64,000 bases of DNA from Chrysomallon squamiferum. Lineage: Eukaryota; Animalia; Mollusca. The DNA is taken from the NCBI GenBank assembly GCA_012295275.1, contig CM022667.1, positions 5,828,001 through 5,892,000 of the forward strand, in the 5' to 3' direction. Numbering within the stretch: the first letter of the stretch is position 1; every line of letters begins with the position of its first letter. Below, one piece after another: positions 34,793 to 46,423 of this stretch. The notes under the pieces were generated by a model. It did not search any database, was not told the origin of the DNA, and worked only from the letters and a program-made list of their open reading frames with translations. The position numbers and the translations under genes were made by a program.

Positions 34793-35920
34793 CAATGGAG
34801 GCACTGAAGATGAATTCCATTTTGTATCACAATGTTTATTTCATAATAATATCATATTTAAAGAAACATTTGTATACAAGACCATCTACTTTTAACATAT
34901 AATTTTTTTTTGTCTTCAGAAAATATAAAAAAACTTCAAAGAATCGTGATAAATATGTAAATAGTAGTAGTGGTAGTAGTAGTAGTAATAGTAGTAGTAG
35001 TAGTAGTAATAGCTGCGGTACAATATCATCTCGTTGTTACCATTTGACTGCGCACACCGTCAACCAGGTAAAGCGGCAATTAATGAGTACCGGTACATCG
35101 ACAGATCCTCACTGGTACATTTCAGCTTGTCCCGCTAAGTAGACACAATTTTAAGATCATTTATACAAGTTGTCGACTTCGTGTGCCATAACCAAATGAA
35201 CTGAGGACTAAATTCAGTTTGAATTAGAATCATCAAATATAATTAGGCGCTTTACTGTTTTTTAAACTTTTGAGAGAAAACAGTCGTTTACGTTATTTCT
35301 AAGCAGGTGGATGTGAGAATGTTGTGGAGGAAACTAGGAGACGAATGTGCACTAACACAATGAAGAGATCCATGAATAAAAATAAATAAAATAAGAAGTG
35401 AGTCCAGCTGTGCTGCGGGTTACTGTCAATGTCTTTTAACATTAATTTGTTTTTGGCCAACATTTGACTTTATTCTGACAAATAATTACAGGTTTCATAA
35501 AAGATTTTGTTCTGACAGGAAAAATATAAATAATAAATATGAAGAACATGAATCGTAAGATTATTACTTTTTTCTTCTTTTTTTTTGGAAAGTTGTCACA
35601 TATTAAAATCAAATGGTTTTATGCGGAAACTGAATAATCCTCAAGAACTAGATAATTCAGTAAAGAAATACCAACTGAAACATACACAGTTTTGTTAGCA
35701 TATTGCTGTGTCAGAATAGTTTGGTAAAATAAACTGTACCTTGCAGTCAACCTACCCTGTTTGTCGTTTTAACTGTGTCTTATAACATCTCATTTACACA
35801 GGTATTTCAGTTTGAATTATAATCATCGTATAAAATTATGCGTTTTACTGTATTTTAAACTTTTGAAAGAAAACAGTTAAAATGGCATTCAGTTTTATAG
35901 CCAATTTTAGTGAGCGCCAA

Positions 35921-36198
35921 GTGCCGCTGACGAGACTCGAACGTATGGCATCCGTTCGACCGAACGCCGCAGGGGCACAATGTTACCGTTTGGCCACCGA
36001 GACAAACCTAAAAAAAAGCTGCTCAATAACCGAGGGTAATCGGAAGCACGCCGTTCTTTGTCTTTCGTCTTTTGCGCGAGCATCTATTTTCTTGTATGAA
36101 AGCAGACATTTGCAAGTATGTTGTTTAGGATTTTGAATATTCTCTGTCGTATGTACTTCTGAATAGACTCTGCACATAGACAATATTCGGAAACGCAC
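35921..36198 (-). mobile_element. Second copy of the tRNA-derived repeat, inverted
   Basis: Reverse complement shares aatattgtctatgtgcagagtctattcaga, aatattcaaaatcctaaac, taccctcggtta.tgagca, tggccaaacggtaacat, gttcgagtctcgtcag with 10244-10615. Confidence 0.75.
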
Positions 36199-36345
36199 TG
36201 GCGCAGGAGGACAAAGTGTGTGTCTGTGTGTATGTTTGTGTGTGAATGTGTTTGTGGCTTTACTTTTGTAAAACGATCTGTTATATATGAAAAACTGATA
36301 ATTATTCTTCGAAGATTAAATTGTGTGTGCCAGTGGACTACTTAC

Positions 36346-36712
36346 TTTGTGTTTTCATTTAACCCTTAAACTGAGCAGACCACACAGATTTCTGTAGAAA
36401 TCTTGGAAACGTGAAGTATTCTCTGTCTGTCTTTCCGTGACTTTGTTCGACGTCATGTCCTCTCTTTGGTCACTGTCACGACAGTGGATCACCTGACTCA
36501 GCATATGTAAATTTGGCCTAAAATCCAGAAACCACGTTCCCTATCACCTTGGGTCTACCAGACTTTACTGTTTTCTTCAAGAGGTTGGCAGTGCAGTTGG
36601 AGTTACTCCATCTATTGGCAAATTTGAAAAGAAGTCATATTTGATGCAATGCATTTCAACTAGATCAAACAGATGGACTTTTTCCATACGTGTGAAAATG
36701 TCCTAATTGTCG
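36346..36712 (-). pseudogene. Orphan exon-like relic, possibly a decayed death-fold (CARD-like) exon
   Basis: Strong acceptor (tttattttttctcag) and donor (gtaagt) bracket 367 nt of complex sequence with stops in the frames I translated; the domain call is by eye only. Confidence 0.3.
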
Positions 36713-37902
36713 CTGAGAAAAAATAAAAATAAACATAAAAAACAAAAACTGCCTGCTAAGATAATGTGATTGCTAAGTTGAAAACAAACAAACATGATAT
36801 TTAGAAAGTAAATCATTTAACCTTCAAAATATATTTGTGTCTCACTTATAAGTGTTTTAATGTTAGCTAAGAATAAATTCTATATAATATGTCAAAGTTA
36901 TATTTACGTTCAGATGTTTACTAAGTTGTTTACACAGCGTAAGCTGGACAAAGACTGATCAGTTATGAAGCTCAGTGATTCAAAATCAACTACAGACAAA
37001 TATATTTGCAGAAATGGCTAACCTTAGCGGGTTTCCAGATTTATTAAAATACATTTTACGACAGACACAACCGGTACGTAGAACTGTAATAATTGTTAGT
37101 AATATCAAACATATGCAGTGAAGATGCGGCTTACAACAATCCGCCAAATATTTGACAAAAATGTAGAACGGGGTAGCATTTGACATGTAATATTCAAAAG
37201 TAATAGAAATAATTACTAGCAATGCTAAATATAGTGTTATTATGACGTATAAAACTGACTTGAAAGAGGAAAAGAAGGAATGTTGTACTAACCTACAAAA
37301 GACAAGTTACAAACACATGTAATAGAATCATGAAAGTCATAATGGAATGTTTAACCGTGAGAAAACCTAAAGAACAAACACAGCTTTGGGTTTGGCGGAT
37401 AACGAACTGAAGATCACTTCACCGAGACAATGCGCCGATTCCTGCCGCCTGACCTATTGCCCAGTCGAACTGGTGTTTAGGAAAAACAGATGCACTGGAA
37501 TGTAGAAACGTCTGACCTCCTTCACTTTCACCGAATTAATGAAAAAGTTAATGGGCGAAGTTTTGTCTTTTTCAGGAAGCTGTTATTTTCTTACTTCCTA
37601 CTTTCGCGTAATTACATTACTAGCAAACACCAGATTCTAAATATTAATTTAAGAAAAAAAGAAAAAAACAAAAAAGAAAAGAAAAGTATAATAATAATAA
37701 TAATAATAATAACAACAACAGCAACAACAACAATAAATAAAATGAAAATAATACATTAATAATTAAATAAATGAGTGTATTCCCCCCATGAAATCAAATT
37801 ATACGTGTTTGTGTGTGTGTGTGTGTTTGTGATTTCTCAGTATTTTTCACAAAAACACAAACAAACAAACAAACAAAAAAGTGGCTTTGTAATAATCAGA
37901 TA

Positions 37903-38907
37903 GCGGGAAAATAGGGACCAATGAGCCACCCCATAAACTTCTGACAGCAAAATGTCAGTGACAATTATCAGTGCAACTACTACTATACGTGTGACCTTCA
38001 CCCCTATTGTTTAGAGAGCTTTGGAGCAGTCCATCAACAACTTGAGCAATTGTTTTATTTTACAGGAATATACTGCTATGAAATCGATGTTATTTGATAG
38101 ATAGTTTATTACTGGTTTAACTTTTATTCTGCAAAGACTAGAGTGCTGTATCTTGTATAAAAAGAATGCCTAGAAAGAAAGAAAGGAAGACAGAAGTCTC
38201 TTCTCAGCAGAGCTAACGAAAAGCACTGCTCACTACATCTGTGTAATCACACTACCGAAATATAACAATGGGGACTATGAAGTTCAATTTCTCAGAAAAT
38301 CTGCCAGGCACTCTATGTCATGTAAATTTATTGAGTCTGTCCAGGAAGAAATAAGCTCAGTTGAGGTAGATTTGATTTTGGGTGTCCTTGGTAAGCCTTT
38401 TGTGCAAACTACCAAAAGACAGAAGGAAATCATACAGTTCAGTGTCAGTTTTGACGGGTTCAATCTTGAATAAGATTCAGCGTTAGTTTAGGACTATTGA
38501 AACTGCACTGAAACCATGGTCACTGAATCAATTGCACAATATACCCTAGACTGAGGTCAGTGTGTTGAAAATTACTTCATTGTAATATGTGCATCTGAGA
38601 TGAAATTTATGACAGAAATTAAAAAAAATTAAAAATAAGAGAAGATTTACATGTGTTTAACTGTTTGAGATTATCGCCCATAGAACCCTAGCGGGTGGTT
38701 CACTGGTCCCTTACCCTGGGGCCCATGGAGCCACCACGGTTCCTGTTACATAAGTGTCTCCCACAGCGATGTTGTTGAAGGCAACCTGTCAAACTCCTTA
38801 TTGTAATCACGAACAATAATGCCTCTATAAGCGCTTTTAAATCAACAGCTATTGGATGAAATGTCGAATTCTCTTAAAAATGGCTCATAGCTGCCCGCTT
38901 TCCCCTG
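37903..38907 (+). mobile_element. Internally deleted pogo-like/DDE_1 DNA transposon
   Basis: Imperfect TIRs (cgggaaaatagggaccaatgagcca / rc caggggaaagcgggcagctatgagcca); MPRKKERKTE start at 38166 joined out of frame to HYICVI...GDYEVQFLRKS...EEISSV...TKRQKEIIQF...* (ends 38473), resembling the N- and C-termini of such transposases. Confidence 0.62.
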
Positions 38908-39327
38908 ATATAACCTACAGATTCTTTGCGCTAATAACTGTGATGTAAAATTAATTCGTTGTTAACTTTTGACTTCACGCACCCATGAACTAAACAAAAA
39001 GGACGATTAATGAGTACCAGGATGTACAATTCATTTCAGGATCATTTATACAAGTGTATACACTTCCCAGGCTATAACCCTTTGTACCTACCCACTGCAG
39101 AGATAATGCATGGCCTCGTTTTAGTTTTCATGTCACTTTAGTGGAAGTTCGCGGTGAGTTAATCTCTGGTATCAAATGATCGCTAATAATTGCAGTAAAA
39201 AGTCAAAACAAAACAAGAACTGAGACAATATTTATTTACAATAACCACTTAACTTTAGTTCAGATGGAAAATCGGATGTTACTGCACTAACTACACTCGG
39301 ACAGAAGTACACATTCTAACAGCAAAC

Positions 39328-39336
39328 CAGGAAGTG
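39328..39336 (+). promoter_or_regulatory. ETS-family site CAGGAAGTG about 100 bp upstream of the gene C ATG
   Basis: Consensus match in a locally CpG-containing, repeat-free segment. Confidence 0.35.
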
Positions 39337-39427
39337 AACTGCAACAAGTGCGTTGTGTTTTCTTGTGAGAACGGGATTTTTATTCTAAAACATTATCACT
39401 ATATACAATTAATAAATTGTGTCGACG

Positions 39428-39494
39428 ATGTTTTCGACTGTTGATAAGAAGCTGATTTTTGTGGTTTTCTTCTTGAGCAGTGTCAAGTATTCAC
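39428..39494 (+). CDS. Gene C exon 1, signal peptide MFSTVDKKLIFVVFFLSSVKYS
   Basis: gacgATG start, basic plus hydrophobic core, donor TCAC|gtaagt in phase 1 matching exon 2. Confidence 0.8.
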
Positions 39495-42400
39495 GTAAGT
39501 TTACAGAAAATTCTTAACGTTCATTTTTGATTGGTTGTCAACTGTAAAAGTTATTTCACCCTTATTCTCACTGATGATAGCTGTCTGCTTTTCTTTATAT
39601 TTCTTTTTGTTGATATTTTAATGAATGGAGTTATACTGAAATACATGAAATGGAAATTTAATTTAACATTTAAATAAAAACTATCAATTATCGGTCTCAT
39701 ATTTCTGATTAAAAGATATTTCTCTGAAAAGTAAAAAGTAAAATCTGATTTCATCTGTGACTTACTCAGACCAGTGTTCCTCTTCGATTACAGTTTACAT
39801 ACTTTTATTCATTATGATTTAACTGTGACTAGCTTAGTATGATTAAACATCTGTTAGTGATCATGCATAATTTTCTTCATATTTTAATTTTGAATACTTA
39901 ATTATATTTAATACAGACCATGACTTCTATTTGTGAAAATACATTATGTCAATTATTAAACAATAAATAATTCTGAATACTAATATATATATATATATAT
40001 ATATATATTATTTATAAGTACAAATTTCTGATATTTATAAAACATTTGATTCAATTTTTCTATTTGTATTTTAATCATTTTTATTTTATTTATTTTATAC
40101 CTTTTTTACCACTATGCCCAATAAAACATAAACTGTAAATATTTGGTTTTAAAATTCAGTTTCATTTGTCAGTAACATCAAGTCAAGTTTCTGATCATTT
40201 AACTTTCTACTTGTAATTTATGTCTGATTTGGTTCACTGGAATATTAAAAGAAACTATTAAGTTAAATACACAATAAATATTATTATGATAAACCAGACT
40301 GTACTATTTAACAGTTACAGTTTCATGTACAAATAAAATAATATTACCATGAAAGATAATTGTCTAAAATACCTGGTTATCATCTTTTGTTTACTGAACA
40401 AAATAATAAACTGTATTTAGTGAATACCCAGATAGTAAAATGTTAATAAAATTCCTTTGAAATTAAAGAGTTGAATAATATGTTTTAGAAATAATTTAAA
40501 TAAACAAATAATTAACATTTTTAGTGATAATGTTAAAAAATAACAATAAAAACAACTTAAAAATTAAAATTAAAAAAAAAAAAACTCACAAATTAAAAAT
40601 TAAAAATATATTGAAAAGAAATAATTTTATCTTTTATTTCATAGAAAATGTTTCACTAATTTTATTTTTAAAAACAAATCAATTTCATTCTCAAATTTAT
40701 TTTACAGATTGTGTTTCACTGACTTTGTCTGGATCTTCATCTCATTTAGTCAAAGACAAACAGTTTACTCTGACTTGTACAGTGTCAGGTGCTGAAAATC
40801 TTCAAGACAGAATAGTGTTTTATAAAGATGGTGGTAATGTGAGATTTGCTTCACTCAGACAGAAACTAGACCAGTGTTCTGTGTGGAATCCTCCTGACAA
40901 AAAGAGTTATTCTGTAGAGTGTGGAGATGGGACAAACACCAGACTGTCAACCACTAAGAAGTATTCTCTGACAATTAACAAAGCTTCAGATCAGGATGTC
41001 GCAGACTGGTTTTGTGAACTGAATTCTGCTGGAGATACCAGAAAGAAACTGAGATTAGAAATGAGCAGTAAGTAAATAATTATATTTTTATAACAAAGAT
41101 CTTATCTATAGTAAGTAAATAAAATGTATTCATAAAATAAATTAAAGACTAAATATATTCCCTGTAACAGAGAATGATAATTCTAATTAGTAATTGTTGC
41201 TATAGATATATCTGTACAATGCCAAAATACATAATCTTTGAACAGTATTAATATACATTTCTTTGTATAGTGTTAATGCACAGATAATTGTACATTTTTA
41301 ATGTACACATCTTTGAAGAAAATTAATAAGAATGAATAAGGAAGGAAAAATGCATCATCCTTTTGTATTTATATTATAATATTGATATTTTATTTATTTA
41401 TTTATTTATTTATTATTTTATAAAAGTAAAATAAAATAAAAATATAAAAAAATAAAAGATAAAATTTATTTTCACTTTATTGTAGAGAAATATATCTGCA
41501 GTTGATATGTTAAATCACTTATCCCTTTTGAGCAGCATACTCATGAGATTGAAACAGTGGATACACTTATAAACTATTTGAACTAGTGAATACAAAACCT
41601 TTTGTGAGTAAAAGAATGTAGCACTTTTTAAGATTTGAAACCAATTCTTTATTTGAAAATGTGCATAAGAAAGCCTTTAACACAATATCTAAGAAACATT
41701 AAATGACATGATTATTAATGTTACAATGTATGTTTCTTCCATTATTCCTAGTCCTGACCACAGATGATAACAAGACTGGTATCTGCAACTCTTGATGAAG
41801 AAAACAAGATAGGCTGCCTAGAGACTGCCTCACCCTGCCTTTCTTAAATTATCTGATTCCACTGTTCAAATTTTATACCATATATGTCAATGGTTTGAAG
41901 AAAAAATGTTGGCTCAATAAACAAAAACCATTACTCCAGAGATCACTGTATCAGCATTACCATTCAAGGAATATAAACAGCCAGTCTGTATTAATGTTCA
42001 GAAACAGCAAACATTAATTATGACAGTAAATAATAAAAGTTTCTTCAACCTCCATTCAACAAGGAAGTCCTGAACAGTTTTTCTTCAAAAGATTCAGCAA
42101 AATCTTTGTAGCTTCTTCCTATTGATGTCAAGTGTTATGTTGGCTTAGAAAAGAGAATGATTGGTGATGTTATCCTTAAGAACGGTCATGGACGAGTAAA
42201 TATACTGGCCTTACTTTTCCTCACAGAGTCCATGTGCATGTTTATAAATATTCACTCTATAAATAAGTAATTTTAAAGTTCTAAATATTTCTCTTTTTAT
42301 ACATGTATATCACAGGAAAGAGTTAAGAATTTCAAGGCAGTAATTATTCAGTAGTATTTATTTTATAATTTGTAAAGAGATGTCACATGTAATGTTTATT

Positions 42401-43389
42401 ATATAAGTTTAAAGTAGCAATAATGTTTGTAATAGTCTCACTGGTAGTTCACATATAATATACTTATAATTGTGAATGTTTTATATCACAGGACATTAAT
42501 AAGCACATATCAGTGGTTCATAACTTATTTCTCTTTCTGTTTTCCTTTTTCTTACACCATCATTCCTTTTATACTGGATTTAAAGAAATACAATGAATCT
42601 TGTAGCGAGATTATACAAATTTATAAATGTATAGTGATTTTACAGCCCTCCTGTATTTCAACAACACTAAGATAATTAATGAGTATTAATAAATGATTCA
42701 TGACCTTCTAAAATAGTGCTTCTGAATCTTTATATTCATATTATAAGCTCTTCACCCCAGCAGTCATATGGAAATGTTCCACTACAATATATTTATGTAA
42801 TCCTATATTTCTTATAATGGAGGATATTTTAATTCATTCATGAGGTTTACGTTCTTTTATTCAATTTTTGGAACAGTGAAGACATTTATGAGAGTTGGGA
42901 ACTGCCCTTACCATTTCAACATGTAAATGCTAAGTCTTAATAATTAAAAAAAAAAGAAAAAAAAAAAAGAAATTTGTATCAGCTCATAAATAGTTGATAT
43001 TTATTTTGCTATTTTATTAAATAATCAAAAATAGTTAGGTGTACAATATAATTAATACCTGTACAGGAGTAAAACAGCTGATCACCAAACAAACACAGGT
43101 GAATAATCAGAGTTTAGGTTTATTAATAGTTTAGTTTATACTAGTGTCAAGTTTAATTTGTATTATTAGCTTCAAATACATTAAATAATTTTTTTTTTTT
43201 TTAAAACACATGGTACATATCAGAAGACTAGCAAAACTTCATAATAACCTGTTATATATAAGTAGTGCTAGATTTCACTGAAATAGTATATTTTTCTTTG
43301 ATTGACTTCAACTCAAAAAGTCCACCAGTCTAAATATCTTAGAAAGATGTATGTCTGAAAATATATATATATATATATGTAAACAGACA

Positions 43390-43434
<45 letters not shown>

Positions 43435-45883
43435 GTATAGAAGGTTAAACAGTATGTAGGAGATAAGCTTCTCCAGGGATTTGCAAGGTAGAACAAAGCC
43501 CCCAGTAAAAAACAAAACAAAACAAGGTTTGACAAACTGCCCACCCAAAGATAAAAACAAATTTTGAAAGAAGCACTAAAATCACACATACTACAAATCT
43601 TTATCTAAATCAGAATAATAACAGCAGGATTCTCAGTTTAATATGTTTGTTTAACCAACATAATTAATTACTATGAAATATCTATAGTAATAATCCCAAT
43701 TAAGATGAAAGATACCAATGAAAATTTATATCAGAGCATAATGAGATAATGTATCTTTGAAAACTGACTATAATTTCTGAAAGTAATATCGAAAGCAAAT
43801 GTCTCTGGATACTATAACTTCATGACAAAATCGTTTCTTTTTTTCTAAGATATGCTATGTCTGTCATGTAGTATTTCATATTACTAAGGAAAAAAAATTC
43901 ACATATATCACACTAATTATAAAGTATTTTGTATTAAGATGACAAATAACTAATGTACAGATTCTCACTCATAAAAATATTACTGAAAGTTCAGATGAGA
44001 AACTGTACTGGGGTGTCTTTTCACCTAACTTGATTTCTGACTGAGGTGTTTTGTGATATCTTATACTTTTAATGTTGGGGGGGTGGAATTTGAACACCTG
44101 TGTATTTTTGTCCTTATTAAGTTAAAAATTAGCATAGTTTCCTTGAAAATCAATATATCTCATGGTTATAAAAGCAGTAATAGTTGTTTTTAATGCATAT
44201 TACATATAAGCAAATATAATATACATCTTAAAACATAGATGTTAATGGCAGTTATCTTTAGCCAATTAAAAGATCACATTGTTATTATTATTATTATTAT
44301 TATTTTTTTTTTTTTTCAGTTGGTCCAGACAGTGTAGAGTTGACTTCGCCAGGAAATGTTGAAGAAGGAGATGATTTGAATGTAAACTGTGTTGCTGTCT
44401 GCAAGCCGCCATGTTTGTTTTCCTGGTCTCATAACAATCAACAGACTGAGTCAGGGTCTGAGCTCAGTGTTACAAATGTGAGAAGAAACCAGACAGGACA
44501 GAAGTACACATGTACTGTGACTAACAGAGTCTCAGCCAAATCTCTCACTAAAAGTTTCACTCTCAAAGTACACTGTGAGTTTTGTTTAAAAATAATCTTA
44601 GATATATATTTATTTATAACTAATTAAAATTAATTTTTTGTATGTTTTCATTTTTATTATTATTGTAGTAGTTGTTGTTGTTGTTTGAAGCAGTAGTTGT
44701 ACTAGTAGTGGCGGTGTTGGTGTCTCTGTTGTTTGTATTGTTATTACTATTATTCTTGTTGTTGTTAAGTGATAGCTGTGTAAAATAAGTCAAAAATTGT
44801 ATTTGTATATTTCAGTTTTATCGCATCACAAATGAGTCAGTGTAATGACATGCTGACAGCTGCATTCATTTCTTTCAGTTTTCTCGTCACTTAAAACAAA
44901 GACAAAACCAAAAGGATAAGGCTATCTACAGAAGCAGCAATAATTTATTTTTTGTTTAATTTTATGAAAACATATTAAAACAAAATATTTTACAGAGAAC
45001 ATTATAACTTCTCCACTGTAATAAAAGATTCCACTGTTACAAATGGGTTGTGTTTGTTATTTTCCATTGTTGTTATTTAAAATGTTTATATATTATTGTT
45101 TCTAGCTATTATCTAGTTGGTAAATCCATTGCATCATATCCTTTCCCTAGCCAGTAAAATATGAGTGATTGTTCAAAGACTGTTACTGTCTTTTCTTTTT
45201 CAGGATAATCTTTAAATAAAATATGTCTCCCTTCTTCAGTAACACACACACACACTCACACACATAAATTCATTTATTTATGACTGATCTAAATTATTGT
45301 TATTATTATTATTAGTAGTAGTAGTAGTAGTAATAGTAGTGGTGTCATTGTTGTATTGTTCTTCTTCTTCTTCTTGACAGTTATGTATAAAATAAGGCAA
45401 TAAAATAGCATTTCTACAAAATATTTGCATATTTCAATTTTTCAATATAATGATTATATACTGACAGCTGGATATGTTTCTTTGAATTTGCTTGATACAC
45501 ACAATTAAAACAAAGACAAAACCCAAAGTTCAAGGCTGTATGGACAAGCAGCAATAATCAGATTTTTGTTTAATTTGTATTAAAATAGGATTATTAGAGA
45601 AATGGATATTAGCATATATCTTTGTTTTGAAAGCAATGAAAACTAAATGTTTTTCAGAGAACATTACAATTTGTTGACTCTAATAAAGGATTCCACTGCT
45701 AGTAATAAAAGAAGTACTAGATCCTTGGTAGCTGAACCCTTTTTATGCATTTTACTTTGTTACTTAAAATTGGTAAAAAAAAAATAACAAAAAATAACAC
45801 ACAAATGAATCACTTGAAAATATGTTCTTTTTACTGTCTTTTTTCATCATGATCCTTAAATAAAACATTTGTCTCTTCTTTGG

Positions 45884-45922
<39 letters not shown>

Positions 45923-46373
45923 TGTGCAGTTTTTTAATACAGAGAGCAATCATTATTAATTAATTTATTGCTATTTTCAGATGGTCCAGAAAACATTAAA
46001 CTGAACAGAAGTTCACCAGTACAGGTAGTAGAAGGTAAAAACGTGGCTGTTTCGTGTGAGGCAGACTGTGATGAAGTCTGCTCTTATAAGTGGAAGTGTC
46101 AGACAAAGGAAATAAACGATGCTGTACTTTCTTTTACACAAATACACAGAACAGAGGCTGGAGTCTGTGTGTGTATTGTCACCAATTTAAACACAAACAA
46201 GTCAAAAAACAAAACTGTTATCTTGGATGTTCAGTGTAAGTAAACATAGAGAATTTGATTTTCAAACAGGATATATACTTGCACTTTAATATTTGTCCAA
46301 CAGTTATATAAATAAATAATGTCATGAATGATGTTCTTGAGTAAAAGGACTGTATTGTATACACTTATTAAAA

Positions 46374-46423
<50 letters not shown>

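Noticed and set aside
41750-42240. Complex sequence in intron 2 of gene C, possible extra exon or transposase relic
   Set aside because: Multiple stops in the frames I translated and no family I can recognise
43780-43838. Short match to 430-500 and 58730-58800 (ctggatact.taacttcatgacaaaatc)
   Set aside because: Too short to interpret; most likely a fragment of an old dispersed repeat
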